From assembly GCA_963516485.1 (NCBI GenBank), contig CAUQBS010000004.1:869-64868 (forward strand): a DNA stretch of 64,000 bases, read 5' to 3'. Position numbers and translations under genes: made by a program. Position 1 is the first letter of the stretch. Each line of letters starts with the position of its first letter. Positions 12,191 to 24,114 of the stretch are shown here, in pieces. Under the pieces are notes generated by a model, which was not told the origin of the DNA, searched no databases, and saw only the letters and a list, made by a program, of their open reading frames with translations. The stretch is from an uncultured bacterium. GTDB lineage: Bacteria > Patescibacteriota > Gracilibacteria > Absconditabacterales > Absconditicoccaceae.

Positions 12191-12916
12191 TTATGCTTCG
12201 CTTTTGTCCTCCATTTCCTCAAAAAGCTCCTGTATCAGCTTGATCGCCTCTTTCTGATCTAAAAAGAACGGAGAAGTGGCAATAGTTACCATTTTTGCTC
12301 AAGAGATCAGCTTTCTTGTCTGCTCAAAGGTTCACTCTTTATCTTCAATTCCCATCATCTTCTCCCAAAAATCCATATCAATATCCAAAATATAGTCCTC
12401 ATCAGGTTTATGATAGTGGAGGAGTCAGTATTCGCTCCTGAGTTGGTCTATAGATCCGAGTAATCCACTTCCTAATGCTGGAACAATAAAGTTCCCAACA
12501 TTACACTTCTCTTGGACAAATCAAAAGATTAAATCCAGATTTTTTTCATCTATTTTTCCCTCGTTAGGTTTCATATCCGAGTGCTGATCTATATGAATGA
12601 GCTTTACCCCTTTCGAAAAGCGATTTTGAAAATATTCCTTATACCAGAAATATAAAGCATGATTGTGATTGTCAAAAATATAGATCGGCACTCCTCAAAC
12701 CTCGAAGGTCAAAAATTCCTTTAATCCATAAAAATACTCTAAAGTCCCATTTGTTCATTTTTCACAAAAAACTGGCTCTTCTCAGAGTTCTAGCTCAGAG
12801 ATTCCCTTTTTTACAAGTGGTGCAATCCAAAGTTTTACAGGTTTTCACTCTTCTTGTGATCAAAAAAAACAGTTCCCGTTTACTCATTCAAGCCAAAAAC
12901 CTTTATAATTCTCCAT
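12191..12916 (-). CDS. hypothetical protein, UPF0489-like
   Basis: 241 aa with about 10 in-frame TGA, so invisible in the ORF track. Motif VPIYIFDNHNHALYFWY ... IHIDQHSDM recalls the UPF0489 family. Confidence 0.45.
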
Positions 12917-13115
12917 CTCTCGATCAAAAATAAAAAAAATCAGATTTTTTATCTTATTGGTTCTACTTAACTTAATCCCTATTTCAACCTCTTTTCGATT
13001 TCTTTCCCTCAATCACAAAAAATTAGGACACTCAGTAGCTGAAAGCAGAGATTTTTTCTCTTTATATTGCTAAGCAAAAAACTATACTAAAAAACAGTTT
13101 AGTTTTGCGAAACGA

Positions 13116-14687
13116 ATGTCCGGACATAAACTCGTGATAAAAGATGCTCTCTGGCAGCTAGCCGGGAGAGTGATCAGCGCATTATTTTGATTTGTAATCA
13201 CCAAAATTATTGCCTCATATCTTTGACCGTTAAGATACGGAGATTATGGGACAATTTTCAGATTTTTCGCTTGGTGGACTGCACTGGTAGACTTCTGAAT
13301 CTATGTCCTTGCAATCAAGCAGCTCTGAACTCTAAAAAAACAAATACACTGAGATAAAGAAATAGAAGCTGACTTAAATCCAGCTTCTCCTTTGGCACAA
13401 GACTACTGAAAATTTGTTGGAACGAGAGTTTTCCTCATAGGAATTGTCTATAGTTTGGCAATCGCTATTGCCTACTTGATACCTGCCTATACAGAAAATC
13501 CCTATATCATCCGAGGACTTCCTCTGGCAATGTGCTATTCTGCAAGTAATATGTATGCAGGTATTCAGCAGATACCGCTCCAACTCTTTCGAAAGATGAA
13601 AAGACTGACATGGTCTTTGATTATTGCAAGACTTTCGCAGCTGCTAGTGCTTTTGCCGGTAGTGTATCTGTTCTTTACTAATGTTGACTTCCAGTCTGCT
13701 CAAACACCAAACCTTGTGCTGATTTCAGCTTTTTGTCTAGTGATCTTCTCGGTAGTTGCGAGTTCCCTTGGACAAAATGTGGAAATGCATCTCAGAACCA
13801 AAGATATTCTCCCTCTCAAGATCAGATTTGACTTCTCTTTTATCAAAAAGATTTTAAGTCAGAATTGGAGATTTGGTTTCTCTTACTTTTTTAGTAGCTT
13901 TCATACCTTATTGGTATTGATTTTCCTAGGATGGTTTTTCCCAACAGCTCAAAACTTTGATCATGCGGGGAAGCGAGCTCTGGCTTTGTCTTTGATAGAG
14001 ATTTTACTAATCATCCCATCCTCATTAGGAAATTCACTTCTTCACAAGATCCCAAACTACAGCAAAACACAAAAACAAAAATCCCTCTGAAATCTGATGA
14101 CAATGGTTGTCCGAATTGGAGCCTTGATTGCACTTAACTTCTGGATTTTCGCAGATGATATTATTCTGCTTGTCTCCTCAAGTAAATTCCTTTGAAACCG
14201 AACCAATACTATTGACCGATGAGCCAATCAAGTACTTCCTTTCTTGGGGATTGTACTTGTGCTCAGCTTCATCAAGCAGGTCTATAACTATATCTTCGTA
14301 GCTATGGAGCAACAAAATAGACTTTTCTTGATCAATCTTATCGGAGTAGTACTCGGTGCACTTGTTGGGATCTACCTTATCCCAAGATATGGACTTCTTG
14401 GATGAGTATTAACGCAGCTTTTGATTGAGTGACTTTTCACTGGAGGAGCAATCCGAGTTGCTGCCAGAAATCATCTTACCCCCCACTTTGATACAAAAAA
14501 AGTTATAATTCTGATTTCTTTATTGGTTGGAGTTGGACTCCTCGGTGCTGGACTCCATTATCAAACAGGAGGAACCTCGCTTTGACTCTGGAAGTTTTTC
14601 CTCATCGCTGCGCTAATAAATATCCCGGTTCTACTCCTAGCTATCAAGCCAATGAAAACCGTTGCAAAAGGACTTACACAAGAATAA
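13116..14687 (+). CDS. multi-pass membrane protein, MOP-superfamily flippase-like (Wzx/MurJ type)
   Basis: 523 aa, about 12-14 hydrophobic segments. N-terminus KDALWQLAGRVISALFGFV is typical of polysaccharide/lipid II flippases. Many in-frame TGA. Confidence 0.55.
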
Positions 14688-14710
14688 TTTTTTTATCTCT
14701 CTAAGGGAGT

Positions 14711-15580
14711 ATGTTTAGACAAATTCTATCAGATTCAGTCACTGTCCTCTTTCAAAATCCTAAACTCATTAGGCTCTCTTTTTTGACGCTTGTGTTTTAT
14801 TCAATAGTTCGTATCTACTTTATCGTTTATTATTTCAATACTTTCCTTCTCTATAAATATGAAAGCTGAGTTCAGCTCTCTGATGCCTTTATCTATGTTC
14901 TTGATAAGCTCAATAACCAGTGAATTCTCCGAGCAGTGATCTGAGTTATTATCGTACTGATCTGATATCTTCGGTTCCATCCGATAGGAGAGGCATCAGT
15001 TGTTTCAGCGTTGGATAATCCTCAGCAGTCAGCCTTCAGATCTTTTGTCAGAGGAAGTGGAAAGTTCTTTCCAATGCTGGAGTATAGCTGACTTTCAATT
15101 CCTTTCTGAGTATTTACCTTCTGTACGGTAATGCTGAGGCTCTATCTGATGGATATTTTTGATAATATATTTATTACAATTATCGTGGGAATCCGATGAT
15201 TCCTCGTGCTCTTTGCCAGTGTTTGTTGGTCGTATGCTAGGATTATTATTGCTCTAGAGGGCTGTCAGGTTTTTGATGCGATCAAAAAGAGTACAAGTCT
15301 CGCGATGAATAATCTCGGTCTCTCAGTTAAACTAATGTTTGTTGAGCTCCTCTTGATGCTCAGATTTATTGTTATTGGTCTTCTTATCGTTGGAATCCCG
15401 GTACTTTTGATCTATATTGCAGTGTGGTTGGATGTAATCCAAAATTCCTTTGTAGAGACCACGATCCGAGTAGTTGCAGCAAGTTTGCTTCTAGTAATCG
15501 CATATCTCAACTGTATTGTTGAAGCATTCTTCCTCACCTATTGGTATCAAGCTTATAGAAAAATCTCACCAAAAACATAG
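14711..15580 (+). CDS. hypothetical multi-pass membrane protein
   Basis: 289 aa in one frame shared with track ORF 15206-15580. Several TM segments. Confidence 0.5.
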
Positions 15581-15622
15581 AAAAACCTGAAATCAGACTT
15601 TTTATCTTTCTGTCTCTTTCTG

Positions 15623-15931
15623 ATGGACAGACAAGCCATCTATGAATATTTAACGAAAATACCTTACGGCAAGGTCACAACCTACAAGCATATCGCTCAA
15701 AAATTCTGAATTCATCCAAGGGTAGTCGGAATGATTATGAAAACCAATGATCATCCTGATAAATATCCCTGCTGCAAGGTAGTCTGAGCAGATGGAAAGT
15801 TGACAGGCTATGCTCTCGGACTTGAGGAAAAGATCCGTAGGCTTGCTACTGAGGGAATCCCAGTTCAAAATAATAGAGTTCCTCTTGAATATCTTTGGAC
15901 TTGAGTAGAGGAAAAGAAGATCAGATTTTAA
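15623..15931 (+). CDS. MGMT-family DNA-binding domain protein (methylated-DNA-protein-cysteine methyltransferase C-terminal domain-like)
   Basis: [16 protein letters not shown][TGA][13 protein letters not shown]...YPCCKVV[TGA]ADGKLTGY matches the YGxVxTY...PCHRV pattern, with PCCK in place of PCHR. Confidence 0.6.
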
Positions 15932-15948
15932 ACTTTGTGATATGCAGT

Positions 15949-18618
15949 ATGAACCTAGAGAATCTTACTCCAGCGATGAAACAATATCTTCAGATGAAAC
16001 AACAGAATCCTGATTGTATTCTGCTTTTTAGAATTGGTGATTTCTATGAAGTGTTTTTTGAGGATGCAAAGATTTGTGCTAGCGTGCTTGACCTCATCAT
16101 CACTTCAAAAAATAAAAACTCAGAAAATCCTATTCCTATGGCGGGTATCCCTCATCATAGTATAGAAAAATACATTCCGAGGCTGATTGCAAAGGGCTAT
16201 AAAGTCGCAATTGCTGAGCAGATGACAGATCCTGTTCCTTGAAAGATTGTTGAGAGAAGTATCAAATCAATTATTACGCCAGGAACGTATATTCAAGAAA
16301 ATCAGCGTGAACTCAGTACTCTCTTAGCTATTACAAGGTCTTCTGAGAAGAGTGGAACAAACTATCATCTTGCATGGTGAGATTTTACGATCGGAAACTA
16401 TCAAACCAAAACACTTTCAAACTTAGAACAGGCTCAAAAGCTGATTCTATCATTGCGTCCGACAGAGATTATTCTCGACTCAGACCTAACCAACAAAGAG
16501 GAAATCATCGGTCCCATTCAGAGTTATTTGAACTGTCTAGTCTCTGTATATGGAGTTCCCTTTGATCCTGAGCATACGATTTTGACCGTTTGCAAGGTAC
16601 AGCAGTTAGCTAGCTTTGGAAAGGCATTGACAGAATGAAGAGCTTCCGCTTTAGCTCTGCTTTTTGCCTATATTCAGCATACACAGCAGCAAGTCCTCAA
16701 AAATGTTAATACGATCAGCTACCATGCTGCTGATGGACTCGTTCTGATGGATGAAACTACAGTCAAAAACCTAGAAATATTCAGTTCAAGTTATGAAAAT
16801 TCTAGTAAATATACCTTATTTGAAATTCTTAATACTACGAAAACTGCGTGAGGAGCTAGACTTTTGAGGGATATTCTCTCAAATCCAACAAACAATAAAA
16901 CTGAGCTCAACTGGAGACTTTCTCATCTTGAGAGACTCTTTGATGATACAAAAACCAGTGCCATTCATCAGTTTTTTTCTGCTTTTTTTGATATCCCAAA
17001 GCTTTTAAGCCTTATCCTCTATAGAAAACTCAATTATATCCCGTTTATAAAGTTGAGAACCACACTTTGACTTGCATTAGAGGGACTAGATGGAGAAATA
17101 CTAACTCAGCTGAAGACTATCGGACTTGAGCAATCAGAAGTAGAGGAGTTAAGAGAGATTTACAACTATTTGCTTGCGTTACTCAAGGCTGATGATCAGC
17201 TTATCGGTGATAGTGACTATATTGCTGACTGAAGAGATCCACAAATTGATGAACTCAGAAAGCTTGCTTATCATAGTGATGATCTGCTCCTGAGTTATCA
17301 GCAAAAGCTCGTTGCAAGCTCTGGAATCACCAACATTAAACTCAAGTTTATCACTAATCAGTGATATTTCTTAGAGTTGACGAGCAAAGATAGTGAGCTT
17401 TTTGATCAGTGGATTAGCGAAAAACTCAGCTCAAGTCTCTCAGAACAGGAAAAGAATGAATTCTGAATTCTCCGCAGGCAGACCTTAAAGTGAAATCAGA
17501 GATATTCTAGTCCGCTCCTAGAAAATCTCCAGTGAGAGATTATCTCATCAAGGGAACAGCTTAGAGCTAAGGAACAAGCTCTCCTCCAAGAGGCAAAGTC
17601 TTTCCTTGAAAAAAAAGTTCATGTTCTTGCTGTTGTTGCTGAGAAAATTGCTTGGGTTGATCTGTTGACGTCTTATGCGTTACTTGCAAAGGAGCAACAC
17701 TATACTAGGCCACAGCTTTTAGACCAAGAGATAATTGCTATCCAATGAGGTCGTCATCCAGTGATTGAGGCTTTTCTTCCAAAAGATCAGCCTTTTATTC
17801 CTAATGACCTCAAGATCGGAAAACAGCCAAACCTTCCAAGTGATGATGGTATAATCCATATCATTACCTGACCAAATATGGGAGGAAAATCAACCTATCT
17901 CAGGCAGTCCGCTTTGATTGTACTTTTAGCGCATTGTGGACTCTTTGTCCCTGCTCAAAAGGCTGAAATCTGACTTGTTGATGGAATTTTTGCTAGAGTT
18001 GGAAGCTGAGATATTATCGCTAAAAACCAATCTACTTTTATGACTGAGATGATCGAGGTTGCGAATATTCTCAATAATGCAACAAAAAAAAGTTTTATTA
18101 TCTTTGATGAACTTGGTCGTGGAACCTCTACGTATGATGGACTAGCACTTACCAAGGCAATTTTGCACTATATTCTCCAGACACTACAAGCGAAAACACT
18201 TATTGCTACGCATTATCACGAATTGATTGCTCTAGAGCAGGAATCTCCACTCATCAAAAATTTCTCAGTTAGTGTGTATGAGACAGACAAACAGGTGATT
18301 TTTATGAAAAAAATTACTCATGGCTGAGCAAATAAAAGCTATGGAATCGATGTTGCAAAATTGGCAGGTATCCCTTCCTCAATTTTGGCTGAGGCGCGTG
18401 AGAATTTAGCTGCCCTCGAAAAGGATCAAAAAGATCAAGAAAATCAGACTTCTTCTTTTGCTTCTTCAGTACAGGGATTATTCTCGCTTCCTAAGGAGAA
18501 ATTTCTTGATAAAGCTCAATACGAAAAAATAAAATCAATGCTCAACGGCATTGATCTTAATAATATTACTCCGCTTCAGGCACTCCAGCTCCTCGTGAAA
18601 ATTAAAGAGGAACTCTAG
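15949..18618 (+). CDS. mutS: DNA mismatch repair protein MutS
   Basis: 889 aa after read-through. Motifs [28 protein letters not shown][TGA][12 protein letters not shown] (Walker A), [27 protein letters not shown]. Confidence 0.95.
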
Positions 18619-18619
18619 T

Positions 18620-19546
18620 TTATTGTCCGGCATACATGCGGTCAATACTTGAAGATTTATTCGCAAGATAATCGCTTGCAGTTTTTCAAAAACTAAAGCT
18701 TTTCCCATTTTTCTCATCAAGATAGGTAATTATTCCTTTTGACTTATCATACACGATCGGCTTTTGAGCAAAGGCATGATCAATAATAATAGGTTCCTCA
18801 GATGCATTGATTGCTCAGATAGAGAGTGATTTATTTGGTGTCTTATCTAAAATATCTTTGATCTGTTCGTAGGTTTCCATGTCTAATATCCCGTGTACAT
18901 CAGGATGTGGGGTATTATTCGGAGTTGAAAGCACGTGATCATCATATTTAAATTGACCGGTTTTCGCATCTTTTGACATGAACTTTCCAGCTATCGCTTT
19001 GGCAGCTAGAGAAGGAAGTCAGATATTGAATTTCTTATCAGTCGTTTTCATAAAGTCTGAAATTATTGCGAGATTGTTCTTATCATTACGTGAGGTAATT
19101 GAGGGGAAAACAAGCATTGGACCCTGGGATGGATCTCCAGACTCTTTTGCTATTCCTTGTAGAAGAGTAATAATGTCCTCTGGTCTCATATCATGAAAAT
19201 GAAGCTCTGTTCAGTCCTTTTTCATCTTATTATAAATCTTTGGGAGATTGATAGAGAGATCGGTTTGATTGATATTTTCTCCCCAACGCTCACTTGCGCT
19301 ATTTCCCAGTCCATAGCACTCCTTCAGAATGTCTTTGGGATTTGTCCCATTTCTCAATTTCTCAACAACGACACTATTTCTACGGCTAGGATCATTGTAG
19401 GGGTGTTCTTTAGCAAGATTGAGATTCTTTTTTGAAGTATCTGCTCCTTTCTCTACATTTACCTGTTTTACGTTGCTTTCTTTCCCTTTAGCGAGAGGTT
19501 TAATCTCTTTTATTTCATCTCTGTTTCCCATATTTTCCATACTCAT
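18620..19546 (-). CDS. hypothetical protein (308 aa)
   Basis: Track ORF 19211-19546 continues through 4 in-frame TGA to a TAA at 18620-18622. No family recognised. Confidence 0.5.
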
Positions 19547-19679
19547 ATTGCTAGAATATAAAGATTATATTCAAGTATACCCTTTTCTCTAAAAAAGTCA
19601 AAAAAGCCAGATTTTTCTATAAGTTTAAAAAAAGCTTCTTCCTGTAAATCAGGGAAAAGCTTTTTAATTAGACGTAGGT

Positions 19680-20015
19680 CTAGATAATAGTTTCTGCCTC
19701 GTAATTGAGAATCTTGTCCTTAAGTTTTAATTCTCTAAGGATCTCTCGAGAGTGATTCGTAGCCTCTTCCAAGGCCTCATATGCTCTTTGTAGTTCTGTC
19801 AATTCTTTACCAACAACACCTTTATCATTTATCGCTTCTAGATACCTTTTTCGAAGTTCTTTTGCTTTATCAAAAGAGCTTTTAAATTCCTTATCTAAGC
19901 GCGCGAGCTGTTCTCTCAAGAAAAGAAAATATCTTTCTCGATAGGTTTCATCAGAAACTTTCTGATAGTTAGGGGATCTTTCCATGACATTTATTTTTTT
20001 TATATTAGACACCAA
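19680..20015 (-). CDS. small coiled-coil hypothetical protein
   Basis: Intact ORF with Lys/Glu/Leu-rich heptad-like sequence. The real start may be the internal ATG at 19985 (MERSPNYQK). Confidence 0.45.
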   Translation of the reverse strand: MVSNIKKINVMERSPNYQKVSDETYRERYFLFLREQLARLDKEFKSSFDKAKELRKRYLEAINDKGVVGKELTELQRAYEALEEATNHSREILRELKLKDKILNYEAETII

Positions 20016-20066
20016 CTATACATATAATATATACAAAAGTCAATACTTTTTTGAAAAAAATACAAT

Positions 20067-20105
20067 AAAAAAAACTGACTCCATTGAGCTGAAGTCAGAT
20101 TTTTA
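20067..20105 (-). terminator. intrinsic terminator after the 20118-20531 gene
   Basis: Minus sense: TCTGACT-loop-AGTCAG followed by a T run. Confidence 0.5.
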
Positions 20106-20117
20106 TTATTTGTAGTC

Positions 20118-20531
20118 TTAAAGAGCAGAAGTCCTAGGAGTGAGATCGTTATAGTACAAATCTCCATTATACTGATTCTGAACCTGAGAATCTTTAATAA
20201 AATTTCCAAGTTTTCAAAGATGTCCAAGGATTTTTCCCATATAAGTAAAAATCTGTCTCGGAGTATAGTTTTCTGCTCCCTGGAGGTGCATAAATTTCAA
20301 TAGTGATGGAGAAACAAAGATCAACATTACTGTCAAAAACATACCCAAAATCATGTATCTAATGCTATCCCAAGCAGCTTTGATCTGCTTTTCATCTCCT
20401 TTTGAAAAGATAAAAAAGAAGATTGCTCTAAAAAACGCATAAATACATCCTCAACAAATGACCAAAACAAGTCCTCCTAATCCATAGAGCACTACTTCCT
20501 GAAATCCTCAAACATTATCTAATCCGATCAT
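20118..20531 (-). CDS. small two-TM membrane protein (possibly TrbC/VirB2-like pilin family)
   Basis: 137 aa with 4 in-frame TGA. Two hydrophobic helices flank the loop FSKGDEKQIKAAWDSIRYMILG, a layout seen in CPR T4SS-pilin-like proteins. The function is a weak guess. Confidence 0.35.
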
Positions 20532-20599
20532 TGATCATCAAATCAAAAATTAAAGGTAAAGAAAAAACCCTCAAGGGATTTTTCAGTACTATAGCAGAA

Positions 20600-20896
20600 T
20601 TACTTGTCTGCATTCTTTGGAAGGCTCTTTCTTTCTCTCATTTCAAAGAATTTTTGGAAAAGAGCATCATTTGTTTCTTTATAAAGAAGTTTTGCAACTC
20701 TTTCAGACATCTGAGATCCTTTAGCTACCCAAGCCTTGATAGTTTCAACATCAGCCTGAAGGATATGATGAAGAGGATCATAAGAACCCAAAACTTCCTT
20801 GTATCCAAACTTTGCTGGCTTAGTATGTTCAGTCAATACGATTCTATAAAAAGGTCTTTTGGTTCTACCGTGTCTAGATAATCTAATAGTCAACAT
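20600..20896 (-). CDS. rpsP: 30S ribosomal protein S16
   Basis: MLTIRLSRHGRTKRPFYRIVL is the S16 signature. No TGA codon. Confidence 0.95.
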   Translation of the reverse strand: MLTIRLSRHGRTKRPFYRIVLTEHTKPAKFGYKEVLGSYDPLHHILQADVETIKAWVAKGSQMSERVAKLLYKETNDALFQKFFEMRERKSLPKNADK

Positions 20897-20936
20897 TCTA
20901 GAATGTACAATAAAAATCTAAAAAAAATCTGAATTC

Positions 20937-21113
20937 TTACTTAAGTTTTTCCTTTGAAGTGTGTTCAGTATGCTTTCTACAGTGCTTGCAGTATTTGTTT
21001 TGAGCAAGCTTTGGAGTAACAGCCTTGTTGATATTTGTAAAATAATTTGTAGCTTTACATTCACTACATACCATTGCAACCTTTACAACTCCTCCTTTCT
21101 TTTTTGCGGCCAT
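20937..21113 (-). CDS. rpmG: 50S ribosomal protein L33
   Basis: MAAKKKGGVVKVAMVCSECKATNYFTNINKAVTPKLAQNKYCKHCRKHTEHTSKEKLK has the CxxC...CxxC L33 pattern. At 58 aa it is below the track cutoff. Confidence 0.85.
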   Translation of the reverse strand: MAAKKKGGVVKVAMVCSECKATNYFTNINKAVTPKLAQNKYCKHCRKHTEHTSKEKLK

Positions 21114-21172
21114 AATACCTTAAAACAAACAAAATAAAATATGAATGACTTTTGAGATGATCTTTAGATAAT

Positions 21173-21246
21173 TGGCACTAGGTAGACTCGAACCACCGAC
21201 CTCGCCCTTATGAGAGGCGCGCTCTAACCTGCTGAGCTATAGTGCC
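21173..21246 (-). tRNA. tRNA with CAU anticodon (elongator Met, or Ile2 if lysidine-modified)
   Basis: Hand-folded cloverleaf: acceptor GGCACTA/TAGTGCC, anticodon loop CTCATAA, T-loop GGTTCGAGTC. The G1-C72 pair argues against an initiator. No encoded CCA. Confidence 0.85.
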
Positions 21247-21276
21247 ATAACAGTCCATCAATTTCTCAAATGAGGT

Positions 21277-21363
21277 ATGCAAAATCGGTGAGGGAGGGAT
21301 TCGAACCCTCGAGACGATTTCTCGTCTGACTCGTTAGCAGTGAGTTGATTTCAGCCTCTCATC
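21277..21363 (-). tRNA. tRNA-Ser (GCU)
   Basis: Acceptor GGTGAGG/CCCTCACC, anticodon loop CTGCTAA, long variable arm CAGACGAGAAATCGTCTCG, T-loop GGTTCGAATCC. Confidence 0.85.
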
Positions 21364-21465
21364 CACCTCACCAAAATTACAATAGTCATTGTATAGTGAA
21401 TTGGGTTTGAATTTCAAGGCAAAAACAATAAATTAAACTCTGAATTTTTATCTTTTTTCACCAGA

Positions 21466-22059
21466 ATGGCAGAAATAATAGGCGGAATAGATGATTTTTG
21501 AACCCCGAGAAGCAATATTGATCAGGTGAGTGAGGAAGCCGTCCAAAAAGCCCAAGAGGAAAATAGAAAAGCCAAACAAGTGGCTCAGCAAATCCAAGCT
21601 GACAAAAATCTCAATCAGCATTTTGCAGCCTTTCTCTCTATGCTCTTGAAAAAAATCAGCCATGAGGAACTGATAAAAGCGATTTATGATACTTTTTTCA
21701 AGACTATCAATCCTCAGAATAATATCACCTATCTGAGAAAAGATGGAAATACCAAGGTAATTGCCTGATTTTTTGTACCTTTTTTTATCAAAGAGGCTCA
21801 AGAATACAAGATTTTCCCTTTCTATGAAAAGCTTAGTCCTGAGGAATCTTGATATTCTATCAGGAGATATGTCAATTATCTAGAGCAGCTCTCAGCAACT
21901 TATCATGATAATATCCCGATCAATCAGTCAGCATTTGTTGAGCTTGTGGTACTGATTATCCAGTATTTTATCCTCACTGAAAAGGGAAAAACTACCGAAA
22001 AATATACTCCAGAAGAACTCAAGGCAACCGTTCTCAACTATCTCTATTACTCAAAATAA
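21466..22059 (+). CDS. hypothetical protein
   Basis: 197 aa. Track ORF 21526-21768 extends upstream to the ATG at 21466 and downstream through TGA to a TAA at 22057. Confidence 0.5.
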
Positions 22060-22088
22060 AGTATTTTACTCTACCAAAATGATTGCAA

Positions 22089-22607
22089 ATGAAAATAAAA
22101 AATCTGATTTTAGTCTTTTTTGCTCTCTTAATTATCACTGGATGTGCAAAATCAAGACCAGAACTCACTGCTCAGGAATATAATAATAAAATCATCTCAT
22201 TTCAGATTCAGGCTGTAGATGCAGTAAATGAGTATTTCACAACTTTAGAAAAAAAATATGACGGACAAAATCTAGCAGAGCTTTATATCTGACTCAGAGA
22301 TCAGCTGAGATCCCTCCAGGATAAAGCTAGTCTGCAAGAGGGGCGACGCCGTGAAACAATACTCAAAGATGCCGTTGTTGATTACATTTCTGGACTTCAG
22401 GTAGCACTAGATAACTATGAAAGACCAGTAGTTGAGCTGATTTGAGCGTATTCGGGATCTGCTAGTGAGTTTTATCGTAGAGATACTCAGATTTTTTTAA
22501 ACTATACCACTCAGTTTTCTCAGTCTCTCGCCAAGCTCGACGCTCAGATGGAGACAGCACAATCTCAATTCTCCAAAAAATACAAGTTTGAAGTAGAAAA
22601 AAAATAA
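22089..22607 (+). CDS. lipoprotein, hypothetical
   Basis: MKIKNLILVFFALLIITGC is a lipobox signal peptide. Helical mature part, TAA at 22605. Confidence 0.6.
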
Positions 22608-22745
22608 AAAGCTGATTGCGGTGATTGTATCACTCGGAAAATCAGTAGAAATTGATTAGAAATCAGATAGATTTGCTTTTCTTTCTCTTGAAAAGGGGGA
22701 AAGAATAGCTAGAGTACATTCAGTATTTACCTTAAAATTCTTGAT

Positions 22746-23576
22746 ATGCAAAACATAAATTGAGAACTCAGTAAGAAAAAAACTCTTGGTGGGTTTACTC
22801 TGATAGAAGTGCTTGTTGTAGTATTTGTACTCTCAATGGGAGTTATAGTAATTATGCAAGGAATCAATAAGACTACGACCTATATTTCAGAAACAGCACA
22901 AAGGACCATCGCTCTCAGTCTTGCAAAAGAGGGACTCGAAGCAATATACAATATTAGGAATAGTAACTGGAGAAGGTGGTCCGATAGTAAGAATATGTGT
23001 CGGCTCAAAGCAGATCCGATGGTTGATTCAGGTAATGACTGATGTGCCAATGATGAATGGATTCGTTATGTTAGAGGGTATATTTCAACTAAAGAGATCG
23101 AGGGAAATCAGTATTATGTATATATACCCGCAGTAAATGGTATTAGAAATCCTATTGTCTGACCAAGTTGTTGATGGTTTGAACATCTTCAGAGAAAGGC
23201 AAACTTCCCATTTTGGATAAAAACATTTTTCTTACCTTGAATAGCTCGTAAGGATTGACATCGTAATTTTTTACTTCATTTTGTAAATGGAGAATGGATT
23301 GATGAATTTACATATCAGAGAAAATATTGATCTCCTCTAAATCCTACGAAGCCTGATACTTCAATGGGGGGATATGGTAGATATATTCAGGTAGAATGAT
23401 TATATGATAAGGGAGAAAATGATCCGTATGCCTGTTTAGATTGTGTTGCTGGAGTTGATCAGCAATGTTGAGATGATAGACCAAAGGAACTTAGGTTTTG
23501 TAGTTTGGTTTTTTACTATCAACCATACATGGGGTATGTTGAGGTCTGTTCAATCATGACTAACTTCCTAAAATAA
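22746..23576 (+). CDS. type IV pilin / pseudopilin-like protein
   Basis: N-terminal prepilin motif KKTLGGFTLIEVLVVVFVLSMGV. 276 aa with many Cys and many in-frame TGA. Confidence 0.7.
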
Positions 23577-23662
23577 AAAATCTGAATCCTTTCTGCTCTT
23601 GTAGTCTAGAGGAAAATCATTACAATCCCTATCAGAATTTTACCCTTTTTTCAATCAATCAC

Positions 23663-24013
23663 ATGACAAAAGTAACTCTAGAAATCAGTCAAGAAAATCA
23701 TGATGCTTTCGTAAAACTAAAAACTATGATTGAGCAAATGTCAGGTCAAAGCGTATCTGATGATGAAGTGTTAGACTTTGTACTTAGAGCCGTAACTGGA
23801 TCTCTTGAAATGCCAGAGGAGGAGTGTGAAGGCGGATGTTGCTGCTGTGGGCATGATCACGGAGATGATCAGCATGAGGGCTATGAAAATTATGAAAATA
23901 CCTTCCATCAGCACGAACACCATCACCATGGGCACCATCATCATGAACACCATCACGGACATAGTTGTTCTTGTCATGACGATGATACTCAGTGCCAGTG
24001 CAAGCACGATTAA
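23663..24013 (+). CDS. His/Cys-rich small protein (putative metal-binding)
   Basis: C-terminal half is ECEGGCCCCGHDHGDDQHEGYENYENTFHQHEHHHHGHHHHEHHHGHSCSCHDDDTQCQCKHD. No TGA codon. Confidence 0.7.
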   Translation: MTKVTLEISQENHDAFVKLKTMIEQMSGQSVSDDEVLDFVLRAVTGSLEMPEEECEGGCCCCGHDHGDDQHEGYENYENTFHQHEHHHHGHHHHEHHHGHSCSCHDDDTQCQCKHD

Positions 24014-24114
24014 TGATATCAAACTTTTTTTTGACAAAAGAGTATTGGCTTATTTTGACTTGATTTTTGTGGGAAGAAAAATATGGTAAGTCTGATTTAT
24101 CATATTTTTTTCTA

